33,668 nucleotides of DNA from an uncultured Thermomicrobiales bacterium (GTDB lineage Bacteria > Chloroflexota > Chloroflexia > Thermomicrobiales > CFX8). The notes below the pieces were generated by a model. It was given only the letters and a program-made list of their open reading frames with translations. It was not told where the DNA came from and made no database searches. A program made the position numbers and the translations under genes. Numbering within the stretch: position 1 is the stretch's first letter; each line of letters starts with the position of its first letter. Positions 1 to 7,355 of this stretch are shown one piece after another. The stretch is taken from the NCBI GenBank assembly GCA_964601285.1, contig CAZRNC010000001.1, forward strand, positions 1 to 33,668, given 5' to 3'.

Positions 1-1177
1 ATAGCCTTGAGCCGTCAGGGGCGAGATGCATCCTGACATCCAGCCACTCGTTGGCACTACGTTCCGCCGGCAAAACGGTGGATTCCTGTGGCTTGCCACT
101 TTCCAGATCGAAACTGAGAAGAGCAATCTCCTCCGAAAACTCGTCATCCCAACGTGCCACATACGCACGATCCAAACTCAGGGTGACCGTGGTTCGGGTC
201 GTTGATCTGCCAGTTTCGGGATCGATTGGAAAAGGCCCCACCAGGTTCCGCCAACGCTCGGTTAGAGTGGCACTCTCCAACGCAACAACCTGGAACGTGA
301 TTTGGGTTTCCTCCCGTTGACTGAGTGTGGTGACGATCAACGAACCATCCGGAGAAAGTAGCGGGCCTGTCCAAACACTGCCGGCGAACTTCGCGGCATC
401 TCCTTGAGCGTCTGTATCGACTAATGGAAGGAACGACAGCACATTCTCAGTCGGCGCACCATCGTGCCAGATAGTCTCCTGCGAAAGCACCCCAGCCGGC
501 ACACTGCCCGGCGAAGCAGCCGGCACAAACGGAGTCGGCGTTGGCGGTTCATAATGATTGGCAGCCAGCACCTCATCGACCGACGCCATTCGTGGTGTCG
601 GAATCACCGTCTGCGTTAGGTCTTCGAGAGACGCACCGTTGCGGTAGCTGGCAGCCAGGCCGATCAACACCACGGCGAAACAGCACATCGCAAACGTACC
701 GGCAGTGGTCAGTCGCCGTTTGCGTCGATAGCGCCGCTCCTCCTCCATCTCAGCAGAGATCGCCGGCCAGAGATCGACACGGGGATACTCCATGCCGGCC
801 ACCAGTACTTCCTGGACGCCGATACCGGTCCGCTGTTCAAGATCGCCTGCTTCGGTCGAAAGCGGAACACCGGTAGACGACACCATCTGGTTGAGTTCAG
901 CTAGCGGGACGCCGGCGAGCGAGCCATAGACCAGCGTCAGGCGCTCCTCGCGAGTCAGGCAGGCGAGCTCCAGGTCATCGCCGATCGTCAGCGTTCCGGA
1001 GAGATAACAACAGGCAAGCTGACCAAGCAACGCGTCCCGGCTGTCTGCTTCGGCTGCCGATCCGAAAAGCTGCAAGAACACCCGCCGGACAAGCGCAGTC
1101 GTCCCCTGCCGGCTGCCGGTCAACAACCACGCCAACCGCAGCAACTCTTCCTGATGGGTTCTCACCATTTCCTGCAT
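1..1177 (-). CDS. Membrane-anchored ECF-sigma-like / anti-sigma-like fusion protein (3' end runs off the window)
   Basis: Absent from the supplied ORF track because no stop codon lies in the window. My reverse-strand translation from ATG at 1177 stays open to position 1 (~392 codons). MQEMVRTHQEELLRLAWLLTGSRQG..VRRVFLQLF is sigma-70 region-2-like. LACLTREERLTLVYGSLAGVPLAELNQMV is region-4 HTH-like. Then RVDLWPAISAEM, a basic patch RRYRRKRR, a TM helix TAGTFAMCCFAVVLIGLAASY and an extracytoplasmic part with LSPDGS / LAPDGS repeats. An in-frame GTG at 1222 is a possible alternative start. Confidence 0.55.
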   Translation of the reverse strand, partial: MQEMVRTHQEELLRLAWLLTGSRQGTTALVRRVFLQLFGSAAEADSRDALLGQLACCYLSGTLTIGDDLELACLTREERLTLVYGSLAGVPLAELNQMVSSTGVPLSTEAGDLEQRTGIGVQEVLVAGMEYPRVDLWPAISAEMEEERRYRRKRRLTTAGTFAMCCFAVVLIGLAASYRNGASLEDLTQTVIPTPRMASVDEVLAANHYEPPTPTPFVPAASPGSVPAGVLSQETIWHDGAPTENVLSFLPLVDTDAQGDAAKFAGSVWTGPLLSPDGSLIVTTLSQREETQITFQVVALESATLTERWRNLVGPFPIDPETGRSTTRTTVTLSLDRAYVARWDDEFSEEIALLSFDLESGKPQESTVLPAERSANEWLDVRMHLAPDGSRL

Positions 1178-1284
1178 GACTGCCCCATCCGCCAGCGGTT
1201 CGGTCCCTACCCATCCATACACCTGCCGGCCGGACCCGGTTCCATGCTGTCGGGTAGAATTCACCTGCCAGAGAGGATCTGAAC

Positions 1285-1572
1285 ATGAGTGACAGCATTC
1301 CAACCCATATTGCAGACGACGAACTCGCCGCCCTTCTGAAATCCGCCGCCAAGTCCAACGGGCGCATCAAGGTGATTGCAGAAGGAAAGCCCTACGAAAT
1401 TGAGGTTAGGCAAGCTCCTCGTCGCGACATCCGGGAAGGTTATGATCCAATAGCAGCACGGGGAGTCTGGCGTTCAATCCACGGAATTCTTCCTGATGTA
1501 GATGCCGAAGCGTGGATCAAGGAAGTCAAGGAGTCCAGAGAGCAGGACTCCACCTTGCGCCCGGCGAAGTAA
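1285..1572 (+). CDS. Type II antitoxin (VapB-like partner of the downstream PIN toxin)
   Basis: 95-aa ORF. RBS gagagga (1271-1277) lies 7 nt before the ATG. The stop is 4 nt before the vapC start. The C-terminal motif DIREGYDP...DAEAWIKEVKESREQDS is of the kind found upstream of PIN toxins. Family assignment rests on context only. Confidence 0.7.
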   Translation: MSDSIPTHIADDELAALLKSAAKSNGRIKVIAEGKPYEIEVRQAPRRDIREGYDPIAARGVWRSIHGILPDVDAEAWIKEVKESREQDSTLRPAK

Positions 1573-1576
1573 CATC

Positions 1577-1990
1577 ATGGCTTACCTACTTGATACCAAC
1601 ATTGTCATCTACGATCTCAACGGTGTAGAGACTGTCGGCCAGCTTATCGAGAGACTCCTCGACATAGGCCCTATCGCCATCAGCACTATCACGTTCATGG
1701 AAGTTTTCGACGGACTACAAGGGCATCACGGCTCTTCAATTGCAGAACAACGATTTATTGCATTCGCCGGACAGTCGGACGTACTCGACTTCGGTCGAGA
1801 AGAAGCCTTGGTCGCAGCCCATATTCGCCATTCAATGCGAGAAATGGGACGAAACATCCGTCGCCGCCCCCTTGACCTCATGATTGCCGCGACCGCACTC
1901 TCATATGACTTGACACTAGTCACAAACGATCCCGCAGACTACCAGGACGTACCGGGCCTTCGATTAGAGGTGGTGGAGATTCATGTATAG
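1577..1990 (+). CDS. vapC: PIN-domain ribonuclease toxin VapC
   Basis: Internal ATG at 1577 of ORF 1502..1990 gives MAYLLDTNIVIYDL... (first PIN acidic residue in LLDTN), with FMEV and LVTNDPADY motifs. 137 aa. Tightly coupled to the upstream small ORF. Confidence 0.85.
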   Translation: MAYLLDTNIVIYDLNGVETVGQLIERLLDIGPIAISTITFMEVFDGLQGHHGSSIAEQRFIAFAGQSDVLDFGREEALVAAHIRHSMREMGRNIRRRPLDLMIAATALSYDLTLVTNDPADYQDVPGLRLEVVEIHV

Positions 1991-2032
1991 AAGACCACTC
2001 AATGACCATGAGGTGACCCAAGACCACACCCC

Positions 2033-2184
2033 GACATCTGGGAAGGCTACGATCCAGACGCTGCGCTCGAGGCATGGGATACCCTAGTCGCATTCTGGTT
2101 AGTTCTGGGTTGGATGTCGAGAAATGGATCAAGGAAATCCGGGAGAACCGCGAGCGGGACTCTCCCAGACGAACGGCTCGGTAG
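2033..2184 (+). pseudogene. Frameshifted 3' relic of a second VapB-like antitoxin gene
   Basis: One frame reads PDIWEGYDPDAALEAWDTLV. After an apparent 1-nt deletion the next frame reads ILVSSGLDVEKWIKEIRENRERDSPRRTAR* (stop 2182-2184). The intact antitoxin reads RRDIREGYDPIAARGVWRSIHGILPDVDAEAWIKEVKESREQDSTLRPAK*. An in-frame TGA at 2009-2011 shows that no N-terminal half is present. Confidence 0.6.
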
Positions 2185-2191
2185 CTTTCGG

Positions 2192-3178
2192 CTAGTCCAA
2201 TCCCTCTTCATAGATCCGACGCACAATCGATTCGATCTCGGGTTCCTCCAGCGTCAGATCAGAGATGCGGTAGCGGGCAGTGACCCGGGCGATGAGCTCG
2301 GCTGCGGTCACATCGTCGCGACGAAAACGGAGCCAGCGACGAGGGCCGTCAGATTTGGTTTCGGTTGCGCCCTCAACCACCACCGGGCCGGGAGTTTCGC
2401 GTTCGTCGATCAGGTCGATCACCAGTGTGCGTTCGGAGCCGAGCCGGTCGCGGAGCATTTCAACACCACCGTCGTAGAGCAACTGGCCGTGGTCGATCAC
2501 CATCATCCGCCGGCAAAGCAGGCTGATATCGGACATGTCGTGGGTCGTAAGCAGCACCGTCACACCACGCTCGCGATTGATCTCCAGCAGGAACTCCCGG
2601 ATTCTCGCCTTGGCGACGACATCCAGCCCGATTGTCGGTTCGTCCAGATAGAGGATCGGCGGATCGTGGAGCAGCGATGCCGCCAGATCACCACGCATCC
2701 GCTGGCCAAGGCTGAGCTGGCGGACCGGAGTGTTGAGGAACTCATCAAGCTCCAGCACCTCGCGGAACATCCTCAGGTTGGCGTTGAAGCGTTCCGCCGG
2801 CACACGGTAGACATGCTGCAACAGTTCCAGCGACTCGATCAACGGCAGGTCCCACCAGAGCTGGGTACGCTGGCCAAAGACCACGCCGATCCTCGCGGCA
2901 AGCTCCCGGCGCTGTTGCCAGGGAACCAGCCCTGCAACGGAAATCTCGCCGCTGCTCGGCACCAGGATTCCGGTTAGCATCTTGATCGTCGTGCTCTTGC
3001 CGGCGCCGTTCGGCCCGACATAGCCGACGATCTCCCCGGCTGCCACCTCGAACGAAATACCGTTGACTGCCCGCACCTCGCTACCCTCACGGGAAACAAG
3101 GTTGCGAAACGCACCGCCAACCCCGCGATGATGCCGGCGAACCCAGTACTGCTTGTGCAGATCCTCGACCTGAATCAT
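2192..3178 (-). CDS. ABC transporter ATP-binding protein (COG4586-like, with C-terminal extension)
   Basis: Walker A GPNGAGKST, signature LSLGQRMR, Walker B ILYLDEPTIGLD. I prefer the ATG at 3178 (MIQVEDLHKQY), which is preceded by gagagggga. The track ORF extends to 3232. Confidence 0.9.
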   Translation of the reverse strand: MIQVEDLHKQYWVRRHHRGVGGAFRNLVSREGSEVRAVNGISFEVAAGEIVGYVGPNGAGKSTTIKMLTGILVPSSGEISVAGLVPWQQRRELAARIGVVFGQRTQLWWDLPLIESLELLQHVYRVPAERFNANLRMFREVLELDEFLNTPVRQLSLGQRMRGDLAASLLHDPPILYLDEPTIGLDVVAKARIREFLLEINRERGVTVLLTTHDMSDISLLCRRMMVIDHGQLLYDGGVEMLRDRLGSERTLVIDLIDERETPGPVVVEGATETKSDGPRRWLRFRRDDVTAAELIARVTARYRISDLTLEEPEIESIVRRIYEEGLD

Positions 3179-3189
3179 CACATCCCCTC

Positions 3190-4005
3190 TCACGTGCCGG
3201 TGCTGCGGTAATGGCGGACGCCGAATTCCCACGCTGTGCGAGCAACCAGCCCCAGCCCGATCGCCGCGAGCGGTGGCAGAAACGGAATCCAGCCTGGCAG
3301 TGTCTCCAGTTCAGGCCGTTCCAACAGGTAGATCGCCGGATAGTAGGTCACGAACGCCAGCGGGATGATGAAGGTAAAGAAGCGCTGCATCAGCTCGTGG
3401 TAGATCGAGAGCGGATAACTGGTCATCTCGTTTCCACCATGGGTGATCACGTTGATCAGCTCGATACTCTGCACCGTCCAGAAACAGAGTGTCGCCCCCA
3501 ACACAAAGATGGCCATGAAGAGCCCGGCACCGCTCACCAGCACCATTCCAAGGTAGAGCGTCTTGGCCAATGACCAGTCAAGCGATGTCCAGTGCGCACC
3601 AAGAGCGAACGCGATCGTGCCCTGGGTGATCCGCCCCAACCGGCGCATCTGGAAATCAGCGCTCATCACCTGGGTAAACGTCCCGGCTGGCCGGGTCAAC
3701 ACCTGGTCGAACTCCCCTCGCCGGATAGTGCTTGGAAACGCATCAAAGCCGGAACCGATCAGCTCACACAGTCCAAACGACATCGACGCCAGCCCGTAGA
3801 GCAGAGCCACTTCGCCAACCGTCCAGCCACCCAGATCGCCAAAGCGATTGAACAACAGCAGAATGGCGATGAACTCGGTCGCTAGCCCCAGCATGGTGAT
3901 GCCCGTCATCAGCAGGAATGAAGCACGATACTGCATCTGCGAACGCAGTCTTGCGCCAACCAGCCGGAAGTAGAGCAGCATGTCGTGTTGCAGATTGTCG
4001 AGCAT
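3190..4005 (-). CDS. ABC-2 type transporter permease (COG3694/COG4587-like)
   Basis: Multi-TM protein starting MLDNLQHDMLLYFRLVGARLRSQMQYRASFLLMTG. ATG at 4005 is preceded by gggagg. The longer track ORF (to 4383) would overlap the upstream permease with an Arg/Gly/Cys-rich non-protein-like extension. Confidence 0.8.
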   Translation of the reverse strand: MLDNLQHDMLLYFRLVGARLRSQMQYRASFLLMTGITMLGLATEFIAILLLFNRFGDLGGWTVGEVALLYGLASMSFGLCELIGSGFDAFPSTIRRGEFDQVLTRPAGTFTQVMSADFQMRRLGRITQGTIAFALGAHWTSLDWSLAKTLYLGMVLVSGAGLFMAIFVLGATLCFWTVQSIELINVITHGGNEMTSYPLSIYHELMQRFFTFIIPLAFVTYYPAIYLLERPELETLPGWIPFLPPLAAIGLGLVARTAWEFGVRHYRSTGT

Positions 4006-4010
4006 GGCCG

Positions 4011-4802
4011 CTAGCCTCCCTGCGTCACTACACGACGGACTGCCTGGCTGAGCAGCATCCGCCCGGCCAGCATCAGCCCCACAGCCCAAACCAGTTGAAA
4101 GAGCAGCACCCCGAGGAGATCCGCGCCGTTTGCCTGGCCGAGGATGACATCCATCGGAGCCTGGATCATGCCGGCAAATGGTAACCAGACCACAACCACC
4201 TGCGCTGCTTCCGGCCAGAAGTTCAACGGAACCAGGAATCCCGAGAAGAACGAGGTCGCAAACATCACCATGACGGCAACCCCGCGAAAATCCAGCAGCC
4301 AGAATGAGGAAACGTTCACAAGAAAACGTATTCCGAAGCTGATCCAGATTGCGAGAATGACGCTTAGTCCAAAGGCAAGCCACCGGCCAGGATCAGCCGG
4401 CAATTCGACGTTGAACAGTATCAGACCGACAGCCAGTGTCGGGACAAACCGGAACACCAGGCCGAAGAGCGCCCGTCCGGCATCACGCGCCAGCCAGAAC
4501 CCGTAGAAATCAAACGGCTTGCTGAGGTCTGAAACAACGTCGCCGCTGCGGATCGTTTCGGAAATCTCCGAATCGACCCACATGTAGATGGGAGTGATCA
4601 ACGCCTGACCAACCCAGACGAAGGCAACCGCATGGGCCAGCGTCCAACCTGCTTCGATCTCCCGACCGGCATAGAGACCAATGAACAGATAGGTACGAAG
4701 AATGCCGAAAAACGAATTCGTCGCCAGTCCGGACAGATTTGCCGCCCGGTAGGTTGTCTGGCGTGCAAACGCACGCTTGGCCACTTCAACGTACAGGCGC
4801 AC
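4011..4802 (-). CDS. ABC-2 type transporter permease (COG4587/COG3694-like)
   Basis: Six or so hydrophobic segments, same operon as the two genes downstream. GTG at 4802 has the RBS gggagag 5 nt upstream. TTG at 4823 (track start) is the alternative. Confidence 0.8.
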   Translation of the reverse strand: MRLYVEVAKRAFARQTTYRAANLSGLATNSFFGILRTYLFIGLYAGREIEAGWTLAHAVAFVWVGQALITPIYMWVDSEISETIRSGDVVSDLSKPFDFYGFWLARDAGRALFGLVFRFVPTLAVGLILFNVELPADPGRWLAFGLSVILAIWISFGIRFLVNVSSFWLLDFRGVAVMVMFATSFFSGFLVPLNFWPEAAQVVVVWLPFAGMIQAPMDVILGQANGADLLGVLLFQLVWAVGLMLAGRMLLSQAVRRVVTQGG

Positions 4803-4931
4803 GTCGACTCTCCCACCGGACAATTCGAGACAAAGACGGGAACTCTAGCACAATAGCCAGGAAGAGATCCACAACAGTTCCTGCCCGAACCGGTGCGGTA
4901 CGCTATGCTCGCGGGTGATTGGAGGAAACAT

Positions 4932-5654
4932 ATGGCCGAAAACATGAACACACTTGATCTGACGAAATACACCACCCTGACCTTTGACTGCTACGGAACC
5001 CTGATCGATTGGGAACAGGGCATTGTCAATGCCATGCAGCCGATCCTGAAAGCGCACGGGGTCGAGCGCACCGACGAAGAGGTCTTGACGATCTTCAGCA
5101 GTCTCGAATCCGCCGCCCAGCGACCCTACAAGCGCTATCGCGAAGTGCTCGCCCTCGTCCTTGGCCAGGTTGGCGAGCAACTGGGATTCACACCGACCGC
5201 TGAGGAGCTGGCAACATTCGGCGGGTCGGTCGTCGACTGGCCGGCGTTCCCGGATTCCAGTGCCGCGCTGAATGCGCTCAGCCAACACTACGATCTGGTC
5301 ATCCTTTCCAATGTCGATGACGATCTGTTTCTTGGCTCAGCCGAGAAGTTGCAGACAAACTTCCACGCCGTCATTACTGCCCAGCAGGTCGGCAGCTACA
5401 AGCCCGACCCTGCCAACTTCCAGCACATGCTGAAGCAACTGGACCGCCCAAAGGCGGAGATTCTCCACGTCGCCCAGAGCCTGTTTCACGACATCGCCCC
5501 AGCCAACGCCGCCGGACTAACTTCAGTCTGGATCAACCGGCGACAGGGCCGCGACGGAACCGGAGCAACCCCGCCTCAGGAAGCAACGCCGGATCTGGAG
5601 CTGCCAAACATGGCCACATTGGCAAAACTGGCCGAGGACGCCCATACGTCGTAG
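4932..5654 (+). CDS. HAD-superfamily hydrolase, haloacid dehalogenase type II-like
   Basis: Nucleophile motif FDCYGTLIDWE, then LSNVD, SYKPDP and SLFHDI motifs. ATG at 4932 is preceded by ggagga (4921-4926). Confidence 0.85.
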   Translation: MAENMNTLDLTKYTTLTFDCYGTLIDWEQGIVNAMQPILKAHGVERTDEEVLTIFSSLESAAQRPYKRYREVLALVLGQVGEQLGFTPTAEELATFGGSVVDWPAFPDSSAALNALSQHYDLVILSNVDDDLFLGSAEKLQTNFHAVITAQQVGSYKPDPANFQHMLKQLDRPKAEILHVAQSLFHDIAPANAAGLTSVWINRRQGRDGTGATPPQEATPDLELPNMATLAKLAEDAHTS

Positions 5655-5708
5655 GGGTGTAGTGCATTCGCCCGGAATCTCGCATCCAGAAGAAAGAGCA
5701 ACACGAGC

Positions 5709-6890
5709 ATGACCAAGCATGACGACCACAGTGGGGCAGATTGGGATCTCGACACCCGCCTGATCCATGCCCACATGGCACCCGACCCTGTCACCGGAGC
5801 GGTGGTGCCAGCGATCAATCTCGCCACTACGTTTGCCCGTGAGCATGTGGCCGACAAGCCGGAGTTCGGCTACATCCGCGCAGCCAACCCCACTCGCAAC
5901 CAGCTCGAAGCTGTTCTGGCCGGGCTGGAAAACGGTGCGGCAGCCTCGGCGTTCAGTTCGGGTATGGCCGCAATCTACGCCGTGATGCAGTTGCTCTCGA
6001 GCGGGGATCATGCCGTCGTCGCCTATGACAGTTACCTCACCACCTATGACCTGTTTGACAGCGATCTGCCACGCTATGGAGTCGAGGCGACCTTCGTCGA
6101 TATCACCGACATTGAGGCGGTCCAGGCTGCCATCCGGCCGGAAACACGGATGATCTGGATTGAATGTCCGGCCAACCCGATGCTGAAAATCGCCGATCTC
6201 ACCGAGTTGGCATCGATCGGCAAGCAGGCGAATGCGCTGACTGTCGTCGATAACACCTTTGCCTCGCCCTACTGCCAGAACCCGATCGACTTCGGCATCG
6301 ATCTCGTCGTCCACAGCACCACCAAGTATCTCGGCGGTCATAGCGACCTCTCCGGAGGCGCGGTCATTTCGCGGACTCCCGAGCTTGGTGCGAAGATCCG
6401 CGACCGGCAGTACAACCTCGGTGCGACCCAAAGCCCGTTCGATTGCTGGCTGCTGATGCGTGGCATCCGCACGCTGGGTGTCCGGATGCGTCAGCATATG
6501 GTCAACGCCCAGGCAGTTGCCGAGTATCTTGACGCACATCCGAAGGTAACGAAGGTGCTCTATCCCGGCCTGCCGAACCACCCTGGCCACGAGCTGGCAA
6601 AGCGGCAGATGCGTGGCTTCAGTGGAATGGTCTCATTCGAGGTTCCCGGTGGTTCGGACAGCGCACGCGCAGTCTCCGAACGGATGAATGTGTTCGTGCT
6701 GGCAACCAGTCTCGGCGGCGTCGAGTCGCTGGTCTACCCACCAACTGCCTGGATGGAATCCGGCGACCCGGCGATGCTTGAGAAGATCCCCGGATCGCCC
6801 TGGGCGCAGAACCCTGGCCTGATCCGCCTCTCGGTCGGTATTGAATCAACCAGAGACCTCATCGCCGATCTTGAACAGGCGTTGGGGTAA
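5709..6890 (+). CDS. Cys/Met-metabolism PLP-dependent enzyme (cystathionine gamma-synthase/lyase or beta-lyase family)
   Basis: 393 aa. PLP-lysine motif HSTTKYLGGHSD, full-length family-like sequence (NPTRNQLE, DNTFASP). Confidence 0.9.
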   Translation: MTKHDDHSGADWDLDTRLIHAHMAPDPVTGAVVPAINLATTFAREHVADKPEFGYIRAANPTRNQLEAVLAGLENGAAASAFSSGMAAIYAVMQLLSSGDHAVVAYDSYLTTYDLFDSDLPRYGVEATFVDITDIEAVQAAIRPETRMIWIECPANPMLKIADLTELASIGKQANALTVVDNTFASPYCQNPIDFGIDLVVHSTTKYLGGHSDLSGGAVISRTPELGAKIRDRQYNLGATQSPFDCWLLMRGIRTLGVRMRQHMVNAQAVAEYLDAHPKVTKVLYPGLPNHPGHELAKRQMRGFSGMVSFEVPGGSDSARAVSERMNVFVLATSLGGVESLVYPPTAWMESGDPAMLEKIPGSPWAQNPGLIRLSVGIESTRDLIADLEQALG

Positions 6891-6952
6891 GGAAGATGTC
6901 AGGCACATCGACTCTCTGACCAGAACCAACAAACCACGACCTTCATCCTGAG

Positions 6953-7100
6953 TACCGGGCCACAGGAAATCTGTCGTCACCAATAGACGTAGCCGCGCAA
7001 TGTATTGCGCCCTTGTCTGATCACCGGGGCGTTGGACAGGCGCAATACATTGCGCGGCTACGTCTATGAGACACGGTGGCAAATCCCCTGTGGTCCAGTA
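6953..7100. mobile_element. 148-bp MITE-like non-autonomous element flanked by a 5-bp direct repeat CTGAG
   Basis: Imperfect terminal inverted repeats taccgggccacagg (6953-6966) / cctgtggtccagta (7087-7100). An internal perfect 28-bp inverted repeat (6984-7011 / 7039-7066). CTGAG at 6948-6952 is repeated at 7101-7105. Removing the element plus one CTGAG rebuilds the left arm of the surrounding hairpin repeat. No ORF inside. Confidence 0.55.
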
Positions 7101-7206
7101 CTGAGCGAAGCCGAAGGATCTCCTTCCATGCGGCTTGCCCCGTCCTTGATCGTTTCATGGAAAGAGATCCTTCGACTCCGCTGCGCTTCGCTCAGGATGA
7201 CAGTCA
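7101..7206 (+). repeat. Hairpin-forming dispersed (REP-like) repeat, copy 1 (its first 10 nt lie at 6943-6952, before the insertion)
   Basis: Left arm (tcatcctgag)cgaagccgaaggatctccttccatg pairs with right arm catggaaagagatccttcgact..tcgctcaggatgacagtc (7156-7206). The right half is near-identical to 9440-9479 apart from a 10-nt insert (7178-7187). Confidence 0.7.
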
Positions 7207-7355
7207 AAGAGGCTCAGTACAGCTCCACCTGAAACACACGAGCGAACCGTGACGGTCCGAGGGTCAGTCACGGCCTGACCCGCACGAAACATCTCGACGC
7301 CCGTCTCTGCTACGATGCCCCGCAAACCAGAGCGAAAAAGGAGAGGGCGATAGCG

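Noticed and set aside
51-1370. Track ORFs 51-320 (+), 144-374 (-), 541-876 (+) and 975-1370 (-)
   Set aside because: They are all short and compositionally odd. They overlap the continuous 1177-nt minus-strand reading frame, which encodes a coherent sigma/anti-sigma-like membrane protein.
3190-4383. Long version (397 aa) of the second ABC-2 permease ORF
   Set aside because: The first ~125 codons overlap the upstream permease gene and read as Gly/Arg/Cys-rich non-membrane sequence. ATG at 4005, with a GGGAGG RBS right after the upstream stop, gives a normal-length permease.
2192-4802. ABC-2 transporter (ATPase + two permeases) as a possible novel export or defence system
   Set aside because: This is the widespread, poorly characterised COG4586/COG4587/COG3694 triad in ordinary arrangement. 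Nothing in the sequence distinguishes it from typical members.
7247-7281. Two overlapping, mutually exclusive 7-bp hairpins (ccgtgac/gtcacgg and gggtcag/ctgaccc) in the leader of the CocE/NonD gene, reminiscent of an attenuator
   Set aside because: The stems are only 7 bp. There is no U-run, leader peptide or known riboswitch core, so this is easily explained by chance in GC-rich DNA.
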